Shown here: in pieces, positions 19,596 through 28,453 of the stretch
Layout of the letters: each line of letters begins with the position of its first letter
Numbering within the stretch: position 1 is the first letter of the stretch
Assembly (NCBI GenBank): GCA_965238005.1
Contig: OZ250165.1
Span: 1,248,001 to 1,312,000 of the forward strand
From: Longimicrobiales bacterium
Lineage (GTDB): Bacteria; Gemmatimonadota; Gemmatimonadetes; Longimicrobiales; Gaopeijiaceae
Length of the DNA: 64,000 bases
Reading direction: 5' to 3'
Program-made: the position numbers and the translations under genes
Notes under the pieces: model-generated
What the model was told of the DNA's origin: nothing
The model's database searches: none
The model's input: the letters and a program-made list of their open reading frames with translations, nothing else

Positions 19596-19854
19596 GATGT
19601 CCTGCCGCTCGTCTGCCCGGGGCACCGCGCGAAGCGTGGTCGCGGTGCTTCCATGAGCATCATCGCCTTCATTAGGGATCCCGTTCCCGTTCGCTCCATT
19701 CTGTCCTATCTCGATCTCCCCACCCGATCCCCTCCACTGTCTCCCGCTCGGGCCCCGCGGGCACCACGCAAAGCGTGGTCGGGCATCTTCGAGTTCGATC
19801 AGACCGGCGGGTTCGACCCCACCGATCCGGAACCCATTCCCGACCACGCTTCGC
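19596..19854 (+). pseudogene. C-terminal remnant of an IS91-like (Y2 HUH) transposase carrying micro-insertions
   Basis: DVLPLVCP[GHRAKRGR]GASMSIIAFIRDPVPVRSILSYLDLPTRSPPLSPARAP...FEFDQT matches the CPxCGxxMxIIAFI...PARxPP tail of this family. Confidence 0.7.
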
Positions 19855-20080
19855 CGTTCATCTCGACGGAGTGTGCAGCGACCCGGAACCACGGGTCCGG
19901 TTTCGCGCCTTCGGCCCCTCGGGGCTCGAGTTGGAGCTTCTAGGCTGGATTGAGGAGCCCGTCCTCCGCGGCCGCATAACCGACGCGCTCAACACCGAGG
20001 TGTATCGCCGTTTCAACCAGGAGGGAATCGAGATCCCCTACCTGAAGCAGGACGTGTACATAAAGGAGATGCCTCGGTAG
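19855..20080 (+). pseudogene. C-terminal remnant of an MscS mechanosensitive channel
   Basis: DPEPRVRFRAFGPSGLELELLGWI...DALNTEVYRRFNQEGIEIPY motif; no TM region. Confidence 0.75.
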
Positions 20081-20336
20081 AGCCTCCTCGAGTCCTTTTC
20101 TCCCAAGAAGACCTTCAACGGGAACAGCCGCGTGGACTACAAGGATCAGGAAGCCATCGTGGCCATACGCTATCGAGCATGAGCTGGGTGAAGGCCCGTT
20201 TGCGCAAAAGCGGCGCGTCATCTACGATCAGAGCTTGAACAAATGGGGCCTTCCGGTCCCGCCGCCGCTGTAGACGCCCCGTAGGACGCCCGCCCGACGA
20301 CGAGACCTCTAGGCCGCTTGTCACGAGGGCTCAGGA

Positions 20337-21071
20337 ATGAACCGACGGGACATGCGAGAGCAGAAACTCAGGCGGAGGACGTTGGTCGCACCGGCGGTTG
20401 TGTGCCTCGTAGCTTTGGTCTCGCCGCCACACTCTGCTGCGCAGCAGGACCAGGCGAACACCCCGATCACGCGCCCCGTAATTTCCGAGGACGTCATCCC
20501 GCTCCAAGCGATCGCCCCCAAGCGCTATTTCTTCCCCCAGGCCAACAGGGACGCGATCATCGTCGACGAGCGCTACAACGGCGGCGGATACATGGCCGAC
20601 TACTACATCGACATCCTGCGCCGGCCTTACGCCTCCCACTGGAACACCCGATACGGCAACGACCTCAAGACCCCCATCGCGTCGATCCAGGGTCCCAAGG
20701 TGATGCTCATCGACGAGAACGCCGGCTCGGGCGGGGACATGCTCCCGTGGATGTTCCGGAAATTCGGCCTGGGAAAGCTCATCGGGAAGCGGACCTGGGG
20801 TGGTCTCGTGGGGACCCTGGGCTTCCCCATGCTCCTGGACGGTGGCGTGATCAGCGCCCCGAACTTCGCCATCTGGGTGGAGGACCAAGGCTGGATCATA
20901 GAGAACGTGGGGGTGCCGCCGGACATCGAGGTAGAGCAGTACCCGGCGGACGTGTTCGCCGGCCGGGACCCGCAGCTCGAGCGGGCCATCGAGGAGATCA
21001 TGAAGGAGCTGGAGGCGAACCCGCCCCCCAAACCGACGCCGCCGCCCTATCCGGTGCGGGTAAGAAGATAG
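20337..21071 (+). pseudogene. Chimeric ORF: signal peptide fused to the C-terminal S41 domain of a tricorn-like protease
   Basis: DERYNGGG, NAGSGGD, GKRTWGG and ENVGVPPDIEV motifs begin abruptly near 20520; propeller, C1 and PDZ parts are missing. Confidence 0.75.
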
Positions 21072-21316
21072 CCCGGGCTCCGGGATAGGCGTCGCGAATC
21101 CACCGTCCGCTCAACAGCTAGACGACCTAGGACGCTACCGACTTCCATCTGAAGCATCCGACGCTCGAGGGTTGAGCAGGAGAGCAATTGTCCAAGGGAT
21201 AAAGGTTTCAAAGGCTCTTTCCGAGTCCGGCGCCCTCCTTGAGCGAGCCGAGACACCCCAAGAACCTCCTCTTGCGAGGCCGTTTCCAGCCTAGATCAAA
21301 AATTAAGGAGCTGAAC

Positions 21317-23146
21317 ATGAACCGGAGACAATCCCAAGTACTAATGGTTTCCCTTTCACTTGCCTGGGTGATCAGCATCCCTATTGCAGGAGGATGTTCA
21401 CAGACCCACGCAGCCGCTCCACAGGCTGTTTCAGTCGAGGTGGGCGTCAAGATCCCGATACGAGATGGTATCAACCTGGCTGCAACAATCTACAGACCGA
21501 AAGATACGCAAACGCGTTTACCGGTTATCCTGCACTTCACTCCGTATATCGCTGACCGCTTTTCAGATCGCGCCCTCTATTTCGCGAGGCGAGACTATGT
21601 CGTCGCGACCGTGGACGTCCGTGGGCGCGGTAACTCCGAAGGGGAATTCGAACCATTCGTGAATGAGGGGCGTGACGGATATGATGTTGTGGAATGGCTA
21701 GCCAGCCAACCATGGTCGAACGGAAAGGTGACCATGATAGGAGGATCCTACACAGGTTGGGACCAGTGGAGTGTAATCAAAGAGTTCCCGCCACATCTGG
21801 AGACTATCGTTCCAGCAGTCTCCGTTTTTCCAGGAATGGAAGGAGTGCCCATGAATCGAAACATATATCTTTCGTATATTATGAGCTGGCTGACTACAAC
21901 CGGCGGAGCCAGCGCTGGACCTACTTTCGACGACGAATTCCATATCGAAAAAAGGTATGAGATGTATAGAAAACATCTTCCCTTCAATACACTCGACCAA
22001 ATCTATGGGAACACATCGACAGCGTTCCAGACTTGGGTCGCGCACCCTGCTATGGATGCTTATTGGGACGCGATGAGTCCTTCCATCGAGGATTATGCCC
22101 GGATCGACAAGCCGATCCTTACGATCACCGGACACTATGACGCTGACCAGACAGGAGCAATGGGTCACTACCGGTTCCATATGCAGCACGCTTCGCCGGA
22201 GGCCCGGGAGAAACACTATCTCATCATCGGCCCTTGGGATCACGGAGGTTCACAACGATCCAAGAGCGAGAATGCAGGTTTGACGTTCGGTGAGGCCTCT
22301 CTCATTGACAATAACAAGTTGCATAAGGAATGGTACGACTGGACCATGAAAGATGGCAACAAGCCCGAGTTTCTACAAAAGCGCGTCGCCTATTACGTCA
22401 TGGGCGCGGAGGCATGGAAGTATGCCGATAGTCTCAAGGCGATCCCGACTACACCTGTGAAGCTGTATCTCGATTCCGGCGAGGAGGGCGCAAACGATGT
22501 CTTTGGCTCCGGTACGCTAAGCGAGAGCCGGCCGAGAATGGCGACCTCGGACGAGTATACGTACGACCCGCTCGACACTCGCCCGGGAGAAGTAGAAGTG
22601 AGGCTTGGACGGGAGCCAGGCTCTTATAACATCATGGGGACGAGTGCCAAGAGCCAGCGCTATGCCTTGAACCTCTTCGGAAATGGCCTTGTTTACCATA
22701 GTGAACCTTTTCCTGAGGACACTGAGATCACAGGATATGTAGAGCTTGTTGCTTGGATCGCCATGGATGTTCCGGATACAGACTTCATGGTGACTCTCCA
22801 TGAAATCATGCCGGACGGAACAAGCATACAGCTGACGGATGACGCCCTGCGTGCGAGATACCGGGAATCTCCTCGGAAGGAGAAGCTGGTGACACCCGGC
22901 GCAATTACACGCTATGAGTTCAAGCAATTCTGGTTCTTCTCCCGACAGATCGCCGAAGGAAGCCGGTTGCGGCTTGTCTTCTGGTCTCCAAACTCTATTC
23001 ATCTGGAAAAGAATTACAACAGTGGAGGGGTGGTTGCTGAGGAATCCGGGAAAGACGCCCGGACCGCCCATATCACCCTGTATCATGACTCCGAGCACCC
23101 GAGCTATATAGAGATTCCGGTGGCGAAGTCTGAAAGAGAGGAATAG
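21317..23146 (+). CDS. CocE/NonD family hydrolase (peptidase S15)
   Basis: TPY, DVRGRGNSEG, GGSYTG and IGPWDH motifs; AAGGAG SD before ATG 21317. Confidence 0.92.
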   Translation: MNRRQSQVLMVSLSLAWVISIPIAGGCSQTHAAAPQAVSVEVGVKIPIRDGINLAATIYRPKDTQTRLPVILHFTPYIADRFSDRALYFARRDYVVATVDVRGRGNSEGEFEPFVNEGRDGYDVVEWLASQPWSNGKVTMIGGSYTGWDQWSVIKEFPPHLETIVPAVSVFPGMEGVPMNRNIYLSYIMSWLTTTGGASAGPTFDDEFHIEKRYEMYRKHLPFNTLDQIYGNTSTAFQTWVAHPAMDAYWDAMSPSIEDYARIDKPILTITGHYDADQTGAMGHYRFHMQHASPEAREKHYLIIGPWDHGGSQRSKSENAGLTFGEASLIDNNKLHKEWYDWTMKDGNKPEFLQKRVAYYVMGAEAWKYADSLKAIPTTPVKLYLDSGEEGANDVFGSGTLSESRPRMATSDEYTYDPLDTRPGEVEVRLGREPGSYNIMGTSAKSQRYALNLFGNGLVYHSEPFPEDTEITGYVELVAWIAMDVPDTDFMVTLHEIMPDGTSIQLTDDALRARYRESPRKEKLVTPGAITRYEFKQFWFFSRQIAEGSRLRLVFWSPNSIHLEKNYNSGGVVAEESGKDARTAHITLYHDSEHPSYIEIPVAKSEREE

Positions 23147-23147
23147 C

Positions 23148-23503
23148 ATGAGGACACGTTGTCTTCTAGTTCTGTTTGTGGTTTCTCTAACGCCTTGCCT
23201 CTTCTCATCACAAGAGGAAGGATAAGAGGCGAATGTGGTGGCGCTCATAGGTGGAACTTTGATAGATGGAACCGGCGCTACACCGCTCCCGAGCACAACG
23301 GTCCTTATCGAGGGAGAGAAGATTGGGGCCGTCGGTCCCTTGGGTAGAGTGACGGTTCCCGAGGGAGCTGAGAGAATAGATGTTTCCGGAAAATGGATCC
23401 TGCCCGGGTTCATCGATGCCCACATGCACCTCACCTATCCTGGCGATACGAGGCAGCATTTCACACAAACAAACAGCTTGGCCACTCTTAGAGCGGTCCA
23501 TAA
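23148..23503 (+). pseudogene. Amidohydrolase N-terminal fragment with internal TAA
   Basis: Signal peptide, TAA at 23223-23225, then GGTLIDGTG...GKWILPGFIDAHMH; breaks off shortly after the HxH motif. Confidence 0.8.
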
Positions 23504-24195
23504 ATGGGAGTGCATGTCGATGAACCCCGGGATGATGGTCTTACCCTGTAAGTCGACAACGCGGTCGGCACCTGCGGTGTCGCATTCTCCCACGCACGTG
23601 ATCCGGCCGTCCCGTACGAGGAGCGTCCCGGATTCGATGACCTCGCGGTTCTCCAGTGTCACCAGGCGAGCACCCTGCAGGGCGACGGTTCCGCGCGCCT
23701 GATCACGCGGGATCGACAGGCGGATGTCAACGGTATCCGTCTCCTCCGAATCGAGGTGGTGCGCGAAGTAGCGGGGACCGCTCCCGAACTCGACGGTGCT
23801 CGTGTTGCGCCACCGAGGGAAGAGCCCTCCCTCTTTACTGAGCTGCTTAACCGGAAGCTTCGGGTTCTTCCTATCCACGCGCACCTTCCCTCCCACTCCC
23901 GCCCGCGGGGAGCGGAACCACGTAGATATTGTCGCCTTCGTTGAACGCCACCCATTTCCCATCGGGGGACGGAACCACCTCGTCCGCGTAGGGGAACGTG
24001 AGGTGCTCCAGGCGGTCACCGCCATCCCTGCGCACCGACACAAGCGTGGTGCGCTGAACGCGGGCGTCGCGGGCGTCCGCAAGGCTGGTCACGTCGAAAT
24101 AGAAGATCCGGCCGTCGAGCCCGTGCCACGCTGCTTCCACGCCGGGCACGGGCTCGTCCGTCTGGATGATGCGGGCGACGCCCGTGCCCAAGTGC
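23504..24195 (-). pseudogene. Internal fragment of a TolB/PD40-repeat amidohydrolase, frameshifted near 23905
   Basis: VPSPDGKWVAF in one frame; GTVALQGARLVT...GKTIIPGFIDMHSH in another. Confidence 0.75.
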
Positions 24196-24199
24196 GGTG

Positions 24200-24440
24200 G
24201 CTCAAGGCGATGGGGGGCGACGATCCGTCGGATCCGTTCGGGGGGGCGACTTATGGCGGACGAAAGCTTGAGGGGAAGATGGGTGAACAACAAGCGCACC
24301 GTCGCGGAGGCCTATCGCCACGGCGTTCGCCTCCTGACGGGGACCGACGCCGGCGGTGGTTACCCGGTTCCAGGGGTCGGTCTTCACTGGGAGTTGGAGT
24401 TCTTCGCCGAGGCGGGCATCCCCCGCTCGACATCCTACGC
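24200..24440 (+). pseudogene. Amidohydrolase C-terminal fragment
   Basis: GVRLLTGTDAG...PGVGLHWELEFFAEAGIP(P)LDILR; shifts at homopolymer runs; boundaries approximate. Confidence 0.7.
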
Positions 24441-24517
24441 TGCTCGGTTGGACGCCTCGTCAGGCCACCGTGGACCACGTCGCTCACGCGCCCGACAGCG
24501 AAGTTCGCCGGATAGAC

Positions 24518-24802
24518 CTACCCTCCGTCTGCCTTCCGGAGGTAGCGCTCAGCGAGCTGTACCCGGCGCTCGTCACCCTGTTGGCGAGCCTCGTCGAGGA
24601 TCGCTCGGATGTCGGGAACGAGCTCCGGCTGTCCCCACCGGTATCCCGTGGCACGCTCTGCGCTCTTCGTGTTGCCCTGGTTGGCACCCTCGATGAGGGC
24701 CCGGGCCGCCGCTTCGTTGAAGTACGGTGAGTCCGGATCCGGAAGCCCGTAGCGTGGCTCCGGATCCGGATTCGCGTCCTCTTTGACGAACGCTCTAGAC
24801 AT
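24518..24802 (-). CDS. Hypothetical protein with MSRAFVKE N-terminus
   Basis: 94 aa; start resembles that of some GreA/GreB-like proteins, remainder unassigned. Confidence 0.55.
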   Translation of the reverse strand: MSRAFVKEDANPDPEPRYGLPDPDSPYFNEAAARALIEGANQGNTKSAERATGYRWGQPELVPDIRAILDEARQQGDERRVQLAERYLRKADGG

Positions 24803-24827
24803 GGTCTGCAAGATACTTCCGGGGGCG

Positions 24828-25310
24828 CTACTCCCGATACGCCCACCCGCCCACCAGGGCCATCGCGTCCACCTCGACCAGACCCCATAACGCCATGATC
24901 ACGTTGCCCCGCACCTCCTGGGCCCGGTCGGCGAAGACCTCCCAATCGCGATGGGTGAGCTCCACGGTGGTGCCCTCGCCGTCGGCCGTGAACCAAACCT
25001 CGACGCTTTGCGCCGTGGATGGGTCTCGATCCAGGTGCCACGTGAATGCCACGTACTCGGACGGCTGCCACGCTGTCACCGTGCCCCAGAGGCACGTTTT
25101 CCCGTCCACGTCCGTTTCGTAGAGCCGGCCGCCTTCTCGACCCTCCATCGTCACCGTCTGTGCTCGCTCACCACTCAGGGAGCGGGTCTCGACCGGCCAC
25201 CAGGTCCCCGTCTCATCCGTGAAGCGGCGGAACGCCGTCTCGGGGGACCAGGAGACCGTGACCGACCTGACGATAGGCTCCATCCCGGCCCGGGTCTGCT
25301 CAGCGTTCAT
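24828..25310 (-). CDS. SRPBCC/AHSA1 domain protein with apparently foreign C-terminus
   Basis: AFRRFT...WWP, WGTVTAWQP, VEVWF...GTTVELTHRDWE; last ~25 aa are hydrophobic and atypical. Confidence 0.8.
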   Translation of the reverse strand: MNAEQTRAGMEPIVRSVTVSWSPETAFRRFTDETGTWWPVETRSLSGERAQTVTMEGREGGRLYETDVDGKTCLWGTVTAWQPSEYVAFTWHLDRDPSTAQSVEVWFTADGEGTTVELTHRDWEVFADRAQEVRGNVIMALWGLVEVDAMALVGGWAYRE

Positions 25311-25633
25311 GCCTCTTCCTCCTCCTATTCAGGTTGATCTCGGGTGTGTTGCCCGATGCTTCGAATGCGGCGAGCACGTCGCCCCAGAACGATTCCACAT
25401 AGCAGCGCAGCTCCTGCAGCCCTTCCTGGCTCACTCGGTAGCTGTGACGCGTGCCGTCCCTGCGGAGGTCCACGAGGCGGGCCTCCCGGAGCACCTTCAG
25501 ATGCTGCGACACAGCCGGCTGGCTGATGGGAAGCGCCCTGGCTAGCTCCCCCACCGACTGTGGTCCTCGCCTCAACCGCTCGAATACCTCGCGACGGGAC
25601 GGATCCGCAAGCGCCTGCAGAACTGTTTCATAA
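25300..25633 (-). CDS. ArsR/SmtB family regulator; native start codon missing
   Basis: YETVLQALADPSRREVFERLRRGPQSVGELA...SQPAVSQHLKVLREARLV; no in-frame start upstream of the ALADP motif. Confidence 0.75.
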
Positions 25634-26050
25634 CGAGCGGTAGAAAGGCTCCTGAAGCGCCGCGTCGAGGCGGCGAGGCCGCATGGATCGAGCGTTCAAC
25701 GGGCAGTAGACGCTCTTCGCTCGGGCCAACAGTTGGCCGTCGGCCTCCCGGACGATCTCGGTGTGGCGGTCCCAGGTCGTGGGCGTGGCGTCGCCGACCC
25801 AGGTTCGGGCGATGATCTCTTCTCCGAGATAGGCCGGTCGCTCGTAGTCGATCTCGTGCCGAAGGACGACCCAAACGGTCTCCGCACTCTGCTCCGGACT
25901 CGCGACACTCAGCCAGTGATCCGTGGCCACGTCCTGGATCCAAGACAAGTACACCACGTTGTTCACGTGACCGAGACCGTCGATGTGCTCCTTGCCCACG
26001 TGGAGCTTCAACTCGTGCGGTCGCGACCGCCGCTCGGGCCCCTGAGACAT
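25628..26050 (-). CDS. Acyl-CoA thioesterase (4HBT/YbgC-like hotdog fold)
   Basis: IDGLGHVNNVVYLSW and HEIDYERPA motifs. Confidence 0.9.
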   Translation of the reverse strand: MSQGPERRSRPHELKLHVGKEHIDGLGHVNNVVYLSWIQDVATDHWLSVASPEQSAETVWVVLRHEIDYERPAYLGEEIIARTWVGDATPTTWDRHTEIVREADGQLLARAKSVYCPLNARSMRPRRLDAALQEPFYRSL

Positions 26051-26120
26051 GGCCTCGAAGATGCCGGGTCGTTGAGAGGAGTGGCAAGAAGTGCGTTGCC
26101 CGCGACGAAGGTCGTCTCCC

Positions 26121-26353
26121 CTACTCCACGTCCCCCATCACCTTCTTTATAGCGGGGTTCAAGAGGAGCGCGACGATGCCCGAGGTGCCGACGATGCGGC
26201 GACGCCCTCCATGAGTCCGATCACTGGGAGGCGCAGGCTCAGCACGTTGGCCGGGAACAGCGGCAGAAGGTGGACGAGCATCTCGCTCGCGATGTCGCGC
26301 AGGAGGCTCGTCAGCGACAGAACCCAAACGTTGCGTAGTAGGCGGGAAGGCAT
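26121..26353 (-). pseudogene. Fused remnants: MFS N-terminus (paralog of 28454) and POT transporter C-terminus (paralog of 26467)
   Basis: RNVWVLSLTSLLRDIASEMLVHLLPLF joined to IVALLLNPAIKKVMGDVE*. Confidence 0.8.
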
Positions 26354-26466
26354 GGAGCAAGCTATGCGCCCTTGCCAAGGGCAAGAAGAACCCCGAGATA
26401 GAGAGTTCCGCCCACAGACCTAGAGCGGTCTTGAGCGCGACTTCCGAGTACTCGGCTGGAGCTCAG

Positions 26467-28143
26467 ATGATCGACCAAAAGACGTTCTTCGGGCAGCCGA
26501 GAGGGCTGGCCACGCTGTTCTTCACCGAGATGTGGGAGCGCTTCTCGTACTACGGAATGCGTGCGCTCCTGGTTCTGTTCATGGTCGCGGCGGTCGACAC
26601 GGCCAATCCCGGTCTGGGCTTCGGCGACAGTACGTCTGGCGCCATCTACGGGCTGTACACTTCGATGGTGTACCTGTTCACGCTGCCCGGTGGGTGGGTC
26701 GCCGACAACCTGTGGGGACAGCGAAAGGCTGTCTTCCGCGGCGGCGTGATCATCGCGATGGGCCACTTCACGCTCGCGGCGCCCCTCGTCGGCGCGCCCG
26801 ACGTGCCGTCGTTCTTCCTGGGCCTGCTCTTCATCGTCATCGGCACCGGGCTGCTCAAGCCGAACGTCAGCACGATGGTCGGCGACCTCTATCCGAAGTT
26901 GGCCGACGACGCGACCGACCATGACCGCAAGGTGTGGGGCGCGAATCGTGACGCGGCCTTTTCGATCTTCTACATGGGCATCAACATCGGGGCGATGCTG
27001 GGGCCGTTCGTCTGCAGCACGCTCGGCGAGCTGGTCAACTGGCACTGGGGCTTCTCGGCGGCAGGGTTCGGCATGGTGCTCGGGCTGATCCAATACCGGA
27101 GGGGCGACAAGTACCTGGGCGAAGCCGGCCTGTTCAGGCCGGATGCCCCCGAGGACGAGATCGATCGACGCCGGCGGATCTTCTACCTCTCGGCCGGCGC
27201 CGTCGCGGCGGTGGCAGCCCTCGTGGTCTTCTTGCTGGTGACCGGCGCGCTCGGCATGACGATCGTGGACTTTGCCACATGGATCGCCTACAGCATCGTG
27301 CTGCTGTCGATCCTGTTTTTCGCGTATCTCATCTTCGGTACCTGGTGGGCGACACTCCTGCTGATCCTGTTCACAGTCCTGAGCGCAGCTCTGGTGCCCG
27401 GCATGGGCATCGATGGAGGACAATGGGCCGCTGTCGGCACGCTCGGCACCTTCATCGTGATGTGTGTCGGGCTGCTCAGCTTCCGGGGCGACACGGTCAC
27501 GACCGACCAGAAGCGCCTTATGGTCATCTACTGGCTGTTCCTGCTGGCAGCCGTCTTCTGGGCTGGATTCGAACAGGCCGGCTCGTCGATGAACCTGTTT
27601 GCCGAACGTGACACGGACCGTGTCCTCTTCGGCTGGGAGATACCCACCGGGTGGCTCCAGAACGTGAACCCGTTCTTCATCATCGTGCTGGCGCCGGTCT
27701 TCGGCTCTTTGTGGACCTGGCTCGCGTATCGCGACAGGAACCCGTCGACGCCGCGGAAGTTCGCGCTTGGCCTGATGGGCCTGGCGGCGGGCTTGCTCGT
27801 TTTGGCTTGGGGCGCGTCGTTCGCGTCTGACGGAAACCGTGTGTCGATGGCCTGGCTCGTCGTCACCTATTTCCTCTTCACGTGCGGAGAGCTCGCGCTG
27901 TCGCCTATCGGACTCTCGGCGATGACCAAGCTTGCGCCGCACGGCCGGCTGGGACAGATGATGGGCGTCTGGTTCATCGCCGCGGCGCTGGGCAACCTGG
28001 TGGCTGGACTTGTGGCCGCGCAGCTCGAAACTCTTGCGCCTGTGACGATCTTCATGAACACCGCGATCTTCGCCGGTGCAACGGGCCTGCTTGCCCTCCT
28101 GGTCAGCCCGAGCGTGAATAAGCTGATGGACGGCGTGGAGTAG
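26467..28143 (+). CDS. POT/PTR family proton-dependent peptide transporter
   Basis: EMWERFSYYGMR, GTGLLKPN, FYMGINIG and GELALSPIGLS motifs. Confidence 0.95.
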   Translation: MIDQKTFFGQPRGLATLFFTEMWERFSYYGMRALLVLFMVAAVDTANPGLGFGDSTSGAIYGLYTSMVYLFTLPGGWVADNLWGQRKAVFRGGVIIAMGHFTLAAPLVGAPDVPSFFLGLLFIVIGTGLLKPNVSTMVGDLYPKLADDATDHDRKVWGANRDAAFSIFYMGINIGAMLGPFVCSTLGELVNWHWGFSAAGFGMVLGLIQYRRGDKYLGEAGLFRPDAPEDEIDRRRRIFYLSAGAVAAVAALVVFLLVTGALGMTIVDFATWIAYSIVLLSILFFAYLIFGTWWATLLLILFTVLSAALVPGMGIDGGQWAAVGTLGTFIVMCVGLLSFRGDTVTTDQKRLMVIYWLFLLAAVFWAGFEQAGSSMNLFAERDTDRVLFGWEIPTGWLQNVNPFFIIVLAPVFGSLWTWLAYRDRNPSTPRKFALGLMGLAAGLLVLAWGASFASDGNRVSMAWLVVTYFLFTCGELALSPIGLSAMTKLAPHGRLGQMMGVWFIAAALGNLVAGLVAAQLETLAPVTIFMNTAIFAGATGLLALLVSPSVNKLMDGVE

Positions 28144-28217
28144 CCCCTGAACTCCACTCGATTCGGGATCGGAAAGACGGAAGCCAGCGACCGGTGAGCG
28201 ACTCCCGCTACCCGATT

Positions 28218-28388
28218 CCGGAGCTCCCACATCTCCGTGAAGAAGAGGGTGGCCAGCCTCCGCAGCTGTCCGAAGAAGGCGTGGTCCTGGCTCGTGGTCG
28301 GAGCTCCCGGGGCTGCGTACGCGGATGTGGTGCTCAAGACCGCTCCAGTGCTACGCGTGAGGCTTCTTGTCTCCATACAATACGTCAC
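28218..28388 (-). pseudogene. N-terminal remnant of a second POT transporter
   Basis: DHAFFGQLRRLATLFFTEMWE versus DQKTFFGQPRGLATLFFTEMWE in the intact copy. Confidence 0.75.
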
Positions 28389-28453
28389 TTGAACCTTTCT
28401 ATCTCGGGTTTCTTCTCGCGAGTGGCAAGGGGGGGTAGCTTGATCACCAGCGC

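Noticed and set aside
20140..20200. Minus-strand LDS/YGHDGFLI resembling a homoserine acetyltransferase C-terminus
   Set aside because: Too short and needs a frameshift; cannot be supported without a search
23223..23225. Programmed stop-codon readthrough in the amidohydrolase
   Set aside because: The codon is TAA and the gene is truncated anyway; ordinary decay
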